Shown here one piece after another: positions 43,116-54,673 of a DNA stretch of 64,000 nt. How positions within the stretch are numbered: the stretch's first letter is position 1; each line of letters starts with the position of its first letter. Position numbers and translations under genes: made by a program. This DNA comes from Eledone cirrhosa (Eukaryota): NCBI GenBank assembly GCA_964016885.1, contig OZ024743.1, forward strand, positions 298,654,001 to 298,718,000. Direction: 5' to 3'. Under the pieces are notes generated by a model. The model was not told where the DNA came from. It did not search any database and saw only the letters and a list, made by a program, of their open reading frames with translations.

Positions 43116-43759
43116 ATATATATATGTGTGTGTGTGTGTATGTATAAGTTAGTTCTTATCTTTTTACACATATGCTATGCCATGATTTATCAAACAATAT
43201 TATATCTCGCTTCTCGCTTGCTGGTTCTCTGATTCTCACTTACCCTTACTACACAGCTGTACACGCACACATATTCATATTTGCATGAATATAGGTAGAT
43301 GTACACACCACACACACGCACGCACACATACACACACACAAATATATTCATATGTAAACATAGAATACAGAGCGTCGGGAAAAGCTGTAGTGAATTTATT
43401 AGTAAAGTATAAAGTTTTCTAAATTCTTATGCCGTTGGGGGTAGAGAAACACAATTTCTAAGTTAGTTCTTCTAGGAGAGAGAAGGTTTGTGTTTTTTTT
43501 TAGTCCACAAGAGCATGTAAAAAGAAATAGTCACAGACAGTATGTGAGAGGTGGAGATAGTAACAGAATGAAAAGAAAATCATTTGAGAGAGAATGTAGA
43601 TGGAAGTGAAGAGAGACTAAAGACGTGAAGAATAAATGAAATATCTATACAAGGTTCTGTAATGGCAATATTCCTAGAGAGTCGGAGGGAATGTCTTGCG
43701 GTTTCCGCTCTAGTCGAGGGACCAAACATGCATACATGCATAGAAGGTTTCATACATAC

Positions 43760-44018
43760 ATGTAAAACATTCCAAAAAATTTGCATCTAATAACTGTATA
43801 TACTTATGTAAAGATAGATACAAAGCATATACACATGCACACATAGAACTAAAAAAATACACATTCACACATACAATAACATCCATATCTACACATGCAT
43901 GCATACATAATCTACCTAGTTGATGTTGTGTAAATTCCAATAGGAGTGGCTTGTGTCTATGTTAGAAACCGACTCTCTCTCTATTGGTAAACATTTATGA
44001 AATTAGAAAACCAGAAGA
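43760..44018 (+). mobile_element. Dong family B 3'-end fragment
   Basis: Homologous to 46561-46823, with (ACAT)n at both junctions. Confidence 0.85.
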
Positions 44019-44084
44019 ATATACATACATACATATATACGTACATACATAATGCATACATACATAATACATACATACATACAT

Positions 44085-46823
44085 AAAAGATTCAGACGAA
44101 ACCAAACATCAGTCTATAGAGATATGAAGGGCAAAATAATAAGTGTCACTGAGGCCCCATCCCAGAAAGACATAGATTCCTTTTGGAGCAAAATATGGGG
44201 CGAAAAGAAGAATTTCAACCAAGATGCAGTGTGGCTAAGAGAAACCCGAAAGAACTATTGCTCCTACACTACAACAAAAATATACGAAATTAGCGAGGGT
44301 ACCCTTGAGACTGTGATAGGAAAAATCCAAGATAAGAAAACACCAGGAAGAGACATGATTGTCGGCTACTGGTACAAAAAACTGATATTCTATCGGAGGT
44401 ATCTTACTGACCTCTACCAATAAGTTCTTAAGGGAGATACACTTATACCAGAATGGTTGACATTAGCACAAACAATACTGGTCCCCAAGAACAAAGACAC
44501 CCACTTGGCAAAAAACTACCGACCCATTGCATGCGAGATCTTGATGTATAAGATGTATACAGCCTGCCTGAACCTATTCCTCCAAGATCACTGTGAAAAT
44601 AATAACATGATCACAGATGAACAAGCAGCTGGAAAGAAAGGGGTTTGGAGATGTGCTGAACAACTCCTAATCAACAAAACTGCGATGTCGGAGGTGCGAC
44701 GACTTAGGAGGAATATGGCTACAGTCTGGCTGGACTACAGGAAAGCTTTCGATTCTGTTCCCGACTCTTGGATGATAGAGGCCCTCCAACTTGCTAAAGT
44801 CCCAGACATTATTGTCAGAGCCATAGAGAAGCTGTCTTCTTCTTGGGCTACTATCCCAAGGTTAAAGACAGAGAGGGATGACTCTATTTTCACTGATAAA
44901 ATAAAATATTGCAGTGGTATATTTCAGGGGGACAGTCTCTCTGTGATATTATTCATCTTGTCATTAAACCCCTCGTCCTTTCTGTTCAAGAAATGTGAGG
45001 GATACATCATTGGCTCACAGGAGGACAGAAATACGAACCTAACCCATAATTTATTTGTGGACGATCTGAAACTCTATGCCAAGAACATGGATAGGATGAA
45101 GAAAAATCTTGACCTGGTTACAACGTTCTCAAAGGATATAGGAATGGAGTTTGGCCAAGATAAATGCTCATACATGACTGTAAAGCGTGGAAAAACAACA
45201 ACCCAATCTAGCAACATTGTCATCAATGGCCTAACTGTTTCACTGATATCTGAAGAGGACTGCTACAGATACCTGGGGATAGATGAGAACATATCCTATA
45301 ATGGTATCTGTAATAAAGAACGCGTAACCAGGAAATACTACACCCGATTAAGAAAGATCTGGTCATCGGAACTCTCTGCGCAAAACAAAACAGTGGCTCA
45401 TAATGTGTTTGCTGTGCCTGTCCTAACACCAACGTTTGGAATACTCAATTGGACGATAGACGAAATCCGAGCAGTTGATGGTGGAACTCGAAAAATACTA
45501 AACAACACCGGAAACTTCCACATCAACAGTGACATAGACCGCCTTTACTTGAAACGTAAGCAGGGAGGCAGAGGCCTAACATCAATCCAGACAACATTTG
45601 AATGTCGCATCATATCTCTCCGACAACATCTACGAACCTCGAAGGGTGGGAGCCCATTTCTCGAGCAAGTCTATCTGCATGAAACAGATAAGATCATGAG
45701 AGTTGAGAAGGAACTCATTGAAAGATACTCCATGCATGATAAACAAAATCTCACACCAGGGAAATTACCCAGCAGTACTGCAGTGAATCCAGGGATAAAA
45801 AACTACATACTTATCAGCAAAAAGATCATGCATGGACAGGTTGCCAGGAAGCTCCAGAGTGACAGTAAAATAGATAAGCAAAGTAGTCTATCTTGGACCA
45901 ACAACCGATATATTGGCTCCCACTTTGAAGGATGGGCTTTTGCAATCCAAGAACAGGAAATCAACACAAAATACCTGATTCACAAAAGAGATAGGGATGC
46001 AGGCAAAACACCTAGATGTGATAACAAGTGCATACTCTGCAGAATTAACATCGAAATGTCACCCATGTCATAAGCAGCTGTCCAAAGATGTCATCATGGT
46101 ACTATCTACCTATGAGGCATGATGTAGTGGCCAAAACACTGTACAATGGAATCTGTAGAAAAGATAGCCCCGACAATAAACACATTAAAAGCCAGAGCAA
46201 TGTGGAAGACATACATATACATAATATGAAAGAGTGCTGGTGGAATGTTCCAGTAAAAACTCCAATAAAATGCAGACATAGCAGACCAGATATAGGACAG
46301 GGAAAAGAAGGCATACACAGTAGTGGAAGTTAGCTGCCCAGCAGATGCCAATATAATATTAAGATTAACGAAAAGGAGAATATTTATGCAGAACTAATGA
46401 GAAATCTACAGATACTCCACCATGACTATACCTTCAGATTTATACCTGTGATTATTGGGGCACTGGCATATGTTCGTAACTGCCTCAATACAAATCTTGT
46501 GAAGCCAGGCTTTACAGAAACAGAAAGAACACGACAAGTTAGGAAATTACAAGTAATAATATGTAAAACACTCCAAAAATTCTGCATCTAATAACTTCAT
46601 ATACACTTATACATATACAAAGCTTATGTACATGCACACATACAACTCAAAACATACGCATACACACATACAATAACATCCATATCTGCACACACATGCA
46701 TACATACGTGCTTACATATCTACTTAGTTGATGTTTAAATTCCAATGAAAGAATCTTGTATCTAAGTTAGAAATCGGCTCTCTCTCTATTGGCAAAAGTT
46801 TATAAAATTATAAAACCAGAGAA
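44085..46823 (+). mobile_element. 5'-truncated, frameshifted Dong/R4-type LINE, family B (RT + RLE)
   Basis: LDYRKAFDS, GIFQGDSLS, FVDD, GGRGL, RHD and RPD motifs. Flanked by (ACAT)n on both sides. Confidence 0.92.
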
Positions 46824-47855
46824 CATACATACATACATACATACATACATACATACATACATACATACATACATACATACATACATACATACATACATAC
46901 ATGCATGCATACATACATACATACATACATACATACGTAAATACATACATAAATACATAGGTACATATATATATATATATACATGCATGCATACACATAT
47001 GTAAATTGTATTTTATACAAATAAGAAATCTTTTTTCATAAATAATTATATAAAAGCGACAACTTACGCACATAAATATATTGTAGCTGATAACTATGAT
47101 TTTGTTGTCTAAGCAGTATTAAATATAAGCTTATTAATATATATTGTATGATATTATATGATATTCATGCATGAAAATCATAAATGAAAAATATAAATGA
47201 AAAATATACAGAATGATTTAAATTACTAGCGTATTCTAAAAACATCTATGGAATGAATAGGTCAATTTTTAGTCATTTAAAACACACTCAAACACACCAC
47301 ATACATACACACAAACACAAATCGTACACATACATGGGCGCACATATATGTTGTGTATGTGCTCATGTACACGCCTTCGCATCTGTAATTTGTTTTGACA
47401 TTTAGTATCAATTATTCTGAATGAATACAGCTGCAACCTCATCTGACCTCCATCTCTGTGTGGTATGCAATTTATTATATAATACATAAATGAATACACC
47501 AAACAAAGTCCACCGCAACGCTGATTATTAACCCCTTCTTAAACAGTTATAGTATTAATACTAAAAAGAAGCGATCTCGTTTAAAAATAATATACTTATA
47601 GCAGCTTTGTTAATAAATATATATTATAAAATTACATGTGTACGTGTGTTTAGATTTAGTCAGACAATCTGACGAGAATTATCTAACATGATGTTACAAT
47701 ATCTGACATCTTGTAATATAAATATCTTTTAAGTATATATCCTTGCTTCACTTTTAATTTCTACGTTTATATATTAAGAATTAGTACTATCAGAGTGTCT
47801 TTAGATTCCACGGTTTATGTATTTTTAAATAAATAATACAGAATTGAATTAATAC

Positions 47856-47893
<38 letters not shown>

Positions 47894-48332
47894 AATGTCG
47901 TTGATGATGATGATGATGTTGATGTTGACAATGACGCTACTGCTGTTGCTGCTGATGAGGATGACGATGACGATGATGCCGATACTGCTGTTGCTGCTGA
48001 TGAGGATGACGATGACGGATGATGGTGCCGATGATGCTGCTGATGCTGATGATGCCACTGATGATACTAATAATGATGATGCTGATGTTGTTGCTGCTGT
48101 TGATGTTGATAATGCTTCTGCTGATAGTGCTGATAATGACGATGCTGATGCTAAGAATGATGATGACGATGCTGATGCTAATAATGATGATGATGAGGAT
48201 GATGATGATATGATGATGATGATGATAATGATGACGATGTCAATGCTGCTGCTATTGATGATGGTGATGTTACTGCTGATGCTGTTTCTGCTGCTGCTGA
48301 TGATAATGATTGATGAAGATAATATGATATGA
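47856..48332. repeat. Degenerate (GAT/GCT)n low-complexity tract
   Basis: Trinucleotide periodicity seen directly in the sequence. Confidence 0.9.
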
Positions 48333-48385
48333 TGGGAAAAATTATGTTACGTGTCTTCTAGATTGCTGGAATGACAGAAACCGAC

Positions 48386-48702
48386 AGTGGATTGGCAGTA
48401 TCGGTAGAGGGTCTGACGCCATGCTTTGCAGCAAAGAGTTACGGCCTTTTATGGTCTGAGTTCAAATCGCGCCGAGATTAACTTTGCCTTTCATCCTTCT
48501 GGGGTCGATAAAATAAAGCACCTGTAATCCACTGGGATAATTGCCAAAAGTAGAAACAATTATTACGAGTCAGGCCGAGGTTAGCTTTGCCTTTCATCCT
48601 TACGGGTTCGATAAAATAAAGTACCAGTAGCGAATAGACGTCGATTTAATTGACTTTCTCCTTCCCCCAAAATTGCTGGCCTTGTGCCTAAATAAATCAT
48701 TA
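48386..48702 (+). mobile_element. Two tandem Meta-type SINEs; the second (5'-truncated) inserted at the tail of the first
   Basis: TSD ATTACGAGTCAGG at 48562-48574 and 48703-48715. Confidence 0.85.
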
Positions 48703-49014
48703 ATTACGAGTCAGGATGACCAATGGCACTGGCCATTCAGAACTACAGGGAAAGGAGAAAATACAGCAGCTTTACACAGTCAACAATATTTGTGTATAGA
48801 TGAGATTAAATTTACGCAAGTGAAATGTTTTAAAACGCGAATGAAAAATGGACACATTGATATGATATATTATATGTCTTCTGATACGATCGGGTTTCTT
48901 AGAATCGCAAATTAAAGCTCGTGCATTAATGCGCCAGCTTCAGCATTCGTTAATCAGAAGAGAGGCAGGTGTAAAAGCCAATCTTGCTATCTTCAATTCG
49001 GTATTCGTGCCAAC

Positions 49015-49400
49015 TCTTACTTGTGGTCATGAATCTTAGGTAATGACCGAAAGAATACAAGCTCTCGAAATGGGGTTCCTTCGTAGCAGATAGTCCCACG
49101 TAGTGCCGCGAATCGTTCTACGTAGAGCCGCGACTGAATTGAGAGATCACAGCTCTGATACAATGGCCGTTTGGCTAGAATGCCAAAGGAAAGAATCACT
49201 GGGCAGATTCTACGGGCAAAACTAACCGACAGTAGATCTAGCGGTAGACCCCGAGAAAGATGGTTGGATAACAACCATGCGCATGGCTGGTGTTGCTTGG
49301 GGATCCAGCTGGATCAATTGGAGTCGGTTGATTCTGATAGGACCCACTGGAGGAATGTTTGAGGACTCTGCCCCCTCGACCCTCTCAGGAAGAAGAAGAA
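49015..49400 (+). mobile_element. Decayed RTE LINE 3' fragment
   Basis: ARMPKER...GRPRERWLD followed by an (AAG)n tail. Confidence 0.65.
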
Positions 49401-49425
49401 TAAGAATAAGAAGGAAAAGAAGTTA

Positions 49426-49477
<52 letters not shown>

Positions 49478-50440
49478 GGGAAGAAGACGCACGAGGTGGT
49501 AGAACGTCACGAAATTGCTCCCGTAAGTTTTTTGATTTTTAACATATTTAAATCAATTGTGAAAGAACAATTCTTAGCACAAATGTTGCATAAAGGCACC
49601 GAATGAGGTCCCATAAAGTTTCGGATCCATATTATATTGTTGTATCCATATTATATTGTTGTATCGCTCAAATATTCAATTTTGTATGATATATTTTGTA
49701 TTCAAAAAAAGAAAATGGTTATAAATGGAACAAAACACCCTCTGTCTACACTATATAGAACAGCGGCAATTTCAATTTCACCAACACCAGAAACTTGATA
49801 CACTACCTATCCCATCACACTAAATATAACGGCAACTTCACCGGCATCATAATAATAATTACTATTATTATTGTCTCAAATTTAAAAAAATGTTTAATTC
49901 AAATTTTACGGGAATATGTCAACACAAAATATAATGAAAATATATATTAAACATACGAACACAAACTCATAGATACTATATCAGTAACCACAACACCACC
50001 GCTGCCACCATTCCACCACATCCATCATCGCCGCCACCACTCATTCAATGCTACTGACACTATTCCCCTGTTAACTTGAGAGAGAAAAGGGAAGGTGGTG
50101 GTAGCACTAGACAAGAGAGAGGCTAGCAAAAGATATAAATAGATTGACTTGGTGACCTTTTCACGGACAAACGTCTACATCAACAATTATGGGACTGCTG
50201 GCTCACCCCTTCCTCACCAACAATATAAAAAGCCCCGGCACCACCACCGACATAGCCAGCAGCAATAACAGCCAACTACAACAAAAAGTATATTATATTA
50301 TTGTAATGCACTGGGTGATTGCTGGCCTTGTCCCTGGAGTGGAGACAATTATTAATAATTTCATTCTTAAGCCACGCAATGCTCACATTAAGGAACCACT
50401 CATGATAATAACAATTTAAAAAAAAACAACAAAAATAAAA

Positions 50441-53400
50441 CCCCGTGACCAAGAAATACCGGGATGGCGGCCGGCGGGGAATAGCCATGTCTCTAGGGGA
50501 GAACGACCCCTCTAGTCTTGGTTGACACTCGTTCTAGAAGTGGTAACACGAAAAGATTACCCCTTGGCGGATAAGGATAAAACGCGACAAAATAAAGTAG
50601 ATGTCTAATGATGAAATCTCATACCGGATCGGCCGTCACCCGGGTAAAAAAGGGCCGCGTCCCTCAGAGAGGAACCAGACTGGGGTCGAAAAATCAGCTA
50701 ATGGTTCAAACCTTCCCATCACTTCGGAGCTGGAGACCTCCCATAACCGGAATACTCCTACTGTTGGCCCTCCATGCTCACCACCAAGAAATCCAAAGAA
50801 AAAGAGAGAAAAATGGTCAAGGGAAGATAATAAAGAAGTCCTTGAGGCTTTCTATACTGCCATGTACTACCCATCAAATACATCGAATACAGAGCAAACA
50901 TATATCAACTGGAAAAAGAAACATCCCGAAAACAGAGGCTATATTGACAGTAACAAACTAGCCAATATACGAAGAAATATTGTAAGAAAAAAGTTACTAA
51001 CTGATATAGAAATTGATCAGATCAAGCTAGTAGCACAAAGTCAGCGAAGGGAAAATGAAGCACGTGTCAGTGAAAACGAGGTAAACTGTAACACTTCGAA
51101 TCCCAGAGTTGGGGCGGAATCACTGGCAACAGAACAAATTAAAGAAAGGAGCGAAAAAGTGGAGGGAGTGCATGCTCAGGATGAAACTCCAAATGAAAAT
51201 AATGAGATCGTAAATGATAAAGAAATGAATGAGAATGAACTTGCCAACTTGAAGGATGAAATTATGATCGAATGGATGAAAATGAAAGAAACTGACATGG
51301 GGGAACGAGACACCCTCCCTAAGATCCAGAACTCCAAACAGAACCAAAAGATAATACACAAGACTAACATAATTCTCAAAAACATTATCATCACAAACAA
51401 AATAAACATTACTGACTTAAATCATCTCTATTATGCATCGGCTAAAGTCACCACTCACTTATGTGGAGTGAAGATGAAAAAACAAAGGAATTCCCACAAG
51501 AAATCTACTTGGCAAGATAACATCAATCGCCAAATAAACCTTCTCCGATCTGACATAGAAATTTTAACAAACTATAAAGTAGGTGAACATGTTAAACAAA
51601 CTAAACTTAGAAAATTGAAAAAAAAGTACAGTATAAGATCAACATGTGACATAGACATGCTGATAGAAACAATCAAGCAAAAAGTGTCGGCCAAAGCTGC
51701 TCGTATAAGGCGCTTTGAAAAACGATCTAGATTCTATAAGGACAATAATATGTTCAAAAACAACCAAAGAAACTTCTACAGAAAAATTGGTAAGTCAACA
51801 ATAACTGCTAAATCAATACCACCCAAGGAGGAAGTGCAAGAATTCTGGGAAAAGATCTGGGCCGAAGAAAAAGTTCATAACATACATGCCCCATGGATAG
51901 ACAGACAAATGAAAGAAACAGCTCACCTTGAAGAACAAACATGGGAAAATATAACAGTTGAACAGCTGCGCTTGGCTCTAAGAAAAACCAGCAAATGGAA
52001 ATCCCCAGGAAAAGACAAAATACAAAACTTTTGGATAAATGCCTTCACAGAGTCTCATGAGCTGTTGGCCCAACTTTACAATGAAATAGTTAAGGAGCCA
52101 GAAAAGATACCATCATGGCTAGTTAACGGCATTACATTCCTGCTACCGAAGAATGATGAGACAAACAATCCCAAAAATTACAGACCGATAACCTGCTTGA
52201 CCACAATGTATAAAATTTTAACATCAGTCCTAACTGAATACACATATGACCACCTGATAACAAATGACCTATTTCCCATTGAGCAGAAAGGGTGTAAACG
52301 AGGCTCATATGGCTGTAAGGATCAGCTTCTGGTTAACAAAATGATACTGGAAGATTGTCATAATAGACACAAAAATCTATCGATTGCTTGGATAGATTAT
52401 AAAAAAGCATTTGATAGTTTGCCACACAGTTGGATTGAAAAATGTTTAGAGATTTTCAAAATATCCCCCGTTGTCAGGAGGTTTTTGTCATTCAGTATGA
52501 GGACATGGAGAACGACACTCCTTTTGAATAGTGAAACAAAATCACTGGAAGCTGGAGAAGTTAACATTAATTGTGGAATTTTTCAGGGTGACTCTTTATC
52601 ACCGCTTTTATTCTGCATCGCACTTATACCATTAAGTAAAATGCTCAATGAAACAAAACATGGATATAGAGTCTATGACAAAACCATTAATCACCTGTTC
52701 TACATGGATGACCTGAAACTATTCGCAAAAAATGATGAACAATTGCAAGGGCTATTATCCACTGTGAAGCAGTTCAGTGATGACATTAAAATGGAGTTTG
52801 GACTGGATAAATGCGCCAAAGCAACGTTCACCAGAGGAAAGCTGCTGAAGAGTTCAGACATTAATCTTGATCGGGGGAACGTGATAAGAGAGCTTGATCA
52901 AGAACAAACTTACAAATATCTAGGTGTTTGTGAAGGAGACGGAATCAAGCACTCGACAATGAGGGAAAGGATAAGGAAGGAATGTTACCGCAGAGTCAGA
53001 GCAATCTTAAGAACGGAATTGAATGCAAGGAATAGGATCGATGCCATAAACACGCTTGCCATACCAGTAGTAACCTACAGTTACAATGTCATCAACTGGT
53101 CAAGCACAGAGATCCGTAGGCTCGATACAAAAATCCGAAAATTCTTATCCATGCACAGAATGCATCACCCTAAGGCAGACATAGATAGAATATATCTCCC
53201 TAGGAAAGAAGGAGGACGTGGGTTAATCCAGTTAGACATTGCGTTGAAAACTGCAACAATTGGATTATCCACATATCTAAGGGAATCACATGATTGGATG
53301 ATCAAACTCGTTTTGAAACACGAAAGCACCAAAAGATCATATTCCATTACAAAAGATGCACAAAGATACAGTAATGGACTACAAATTTCAGAAGTCCCAT

Positions 53401-54391
53401 TTACTGCTGAAATGGAAAACACAGAAAAAGCAAAGCAGGTAAAAGTAACTGCAAAGAAAGAACTGCTACAGAAACTGGCTAAGAAATGGCAAGAAAAGCC
53501 TCTGTATGGAAAATACCCAGAGCGAGCTAACAATCCTGATGTTGACAAAACTTTAACCCATCAGTGGTTGGCATCCTCTGGACTGAAATCGGAGACTGAA
53601 GGACTGATTATCTCCGCACAAGATCAGTGTCTGCCAACAAAAAATTACCAAGCCAACATAATAAAAAATGGGTGCAGCCCATTATGCCGTGTATGCAAAA
53701 AACAACCAGAGACCATTGACCATATAATTTCAATGTGCAGTCCTATAGCTCCAACCGAATACCTAAACAGGCATGACAGAGCTGCACAATACATACATTG
53801 GATAATGTGTAAGCATTTTGACCTGCCCCATCAAAAGAATTGGTGGGAGCATCAACCACCTCCCATACTTGAAAAAGATCACATCTCAATCTTGTGGAAC
53901 TTTAGCATCCAAACAGACCGAAAAATAGATGCAAATAGACCTGATATAATATTGAAGGACTTTCAAAGGAGGGTATGCCTGCTAATTGATATGTCTGTTC
54001 CAATAGACAAGAATGTATCTATAAAAACATTTGAAAAATTGAGCAAGTATAAGGACCTGGAGATAGAAATTGGAAAAATGTGGAAATTGAGAACTAAAAC
54101 AATACCAGTGGTTGTAGGCGCTCTGGGAATGATACCTAAGGGGTCTAACGACTACTTATCGCAAATCCCAGGAAACCCGCGTATAGGAGAAATACAAAAG
54201 ATAGTACTAATGGGAACTGCCCATATACTAAGGAAAATCCTGTCAATATAAGTACATCACAAGTCTAAACACTAAGGATGCATGTGTGAATATGTGTGTT
54301 CTTTCTTGAACATGGCGGACCTTGTTGTCTCTTGAGGTCACTGGTTGTGACTTGGTGATAACTCGTATAAACATAAAGCAAGATAAATGCA
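50441..54391 (+). mobile_element. Full-length Dong/R4-type LINE, family A
   Basis: GC-rich 5'UTR, a single intact ORF and a ~140-nt 3'UTR ending in (TAA)n. Confidence 0.95.
50601..54251 (+). CDS. 1216-aa RT + CCHC + restriction-like endonuclease protein
   Basis: Uninterrupted ORF with intact YRPITCL, QGDSLSP, YMDD, KYLG, CCHC, RHD and PD..D..K motifs. Confidence 0.95.
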   Translation: MSNDEISYRIGRHPGKKGPRPSERNQTGVEKSANGSNLPITSELETSHNRNTPTVGPPCSPPRNPKKKREKWSREDNKEVLEAFYTAMYYPSNTSNTEQTYINWKKKHPENRGYIDSNKLANIRRNIVRKKLLTDIEIDQIKLVAQSQRRENEARVSENEVNCNTSNPRVGAESLATEQIKERSEKVEGVHAQDETPNENNEIVNDKEMNENELANLKDEIMIEWMKMKETDMGERDTLPKIQNSKQNQKIIHKTNIILKNIIITNKINITDLNHLYYASAKVTTHLCGVKMKKQRNSHKKSTWQDNINRQINLLRSDIEILTNYKVGEHVKQTKLRKLKKKYSIRSTCDIDMLIETIKQKVSAKAARIRRFEKRSRFYKDNNMFKNNQRNFYRKIGKSTITAKSIPPKEEVQEFWEKIWAEEKVHNIHAPWIDRQMKETAHLEEQTWENITVEQLRLALRKTSKWKSPGKDKIQNFWINAFTESHELLAQLYNEIVKEPEKIPSWLVNGITFLLPKNDETNNPKNYRPITCLTTMYKILTSVLTEYTYDHLITNDLFPIEQKGCKRGSYGCKDQLLVNKMILEDCHNRHKNLSIAWIDYKKAFDSLPHSWIEKCLEIFKISPVVRRFLSFSMRTWRTTLLLNSETKSLEAGEVNINCGIFQGDSLSPLLFCIALIPLSKMLNETKHGYRVYDKTINHLFYMDDLKLFAKNDEQLQGLLSTVKQFSDDIKMEFGLDKCAKATFTRGKLLKSSDINLDRGNVIRELDQEQTYKYLGVCEGDGIKHSTMRERIRKECYRRVRAILRTELNARNRIDAINTLAIPVVTYSYNVINWSSTEIRRLDTKIRKFLSMHRMHHPKADIDRIYLPRKEGGRGLIQLDIALKTATIGLSTYLRESHDWMIKLVLKHESTKRSYSITKDAQRYSNGLQISEVPFTAEMENTEKAKQVKVTAKKELLQKLAKKWQEKPLYGKYPERANNPDVDKTLTHQWLASSGLKSETEGLIISAQDQCLPTKNYQANIIKNGCSPLCRVCKKQPETIDHIISMCSPIAPTEYLNRHDRAAQYIHWIMCKHFDLPHQKNWWEHQPPPILEKDHISILWNFSIQTDRKIDANRPDIILKDFQRRVCLLIDMSVPIDKNVSIKTFEKLSKYKDLEIEIGKMWKLRTKTIPVVVGALGMIPKGSNDYLSQIPGNPRIGEIQKIVLMGTAHILRKILSI

Positions 54392-54673
54392 AATAATAAT
54401 AATAATAATAATGATTTCTTTATTAACCACAAGGGTTTACATAAAGTAGACATTAAGGACAGTGCAGGACAATGCAGGACGGTACAAATGGGCATTTCTG
54501 CGTGTAAAAAACAAAAACAGAGGATGTAACAAAAATAACAATGAAAATAACAATGAAAAATTCCCGAATAGGGGGGAGACTTCGGAGGGACATTTGTGGA
54601 GAAAGCCCAGTAAAAAGCCACAATGACCCTGACCACCAAGGCAAGTGCCCTCTCCCAGTTTTCCACCTTTAAT

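Noticed and set aside
50542-50590. Twister-like TAACAC...ATAAAA pattern in the Dong 5'UTR
   Set aside because: The conserved loop-4 residues and both pseudoknot pairings are absent.
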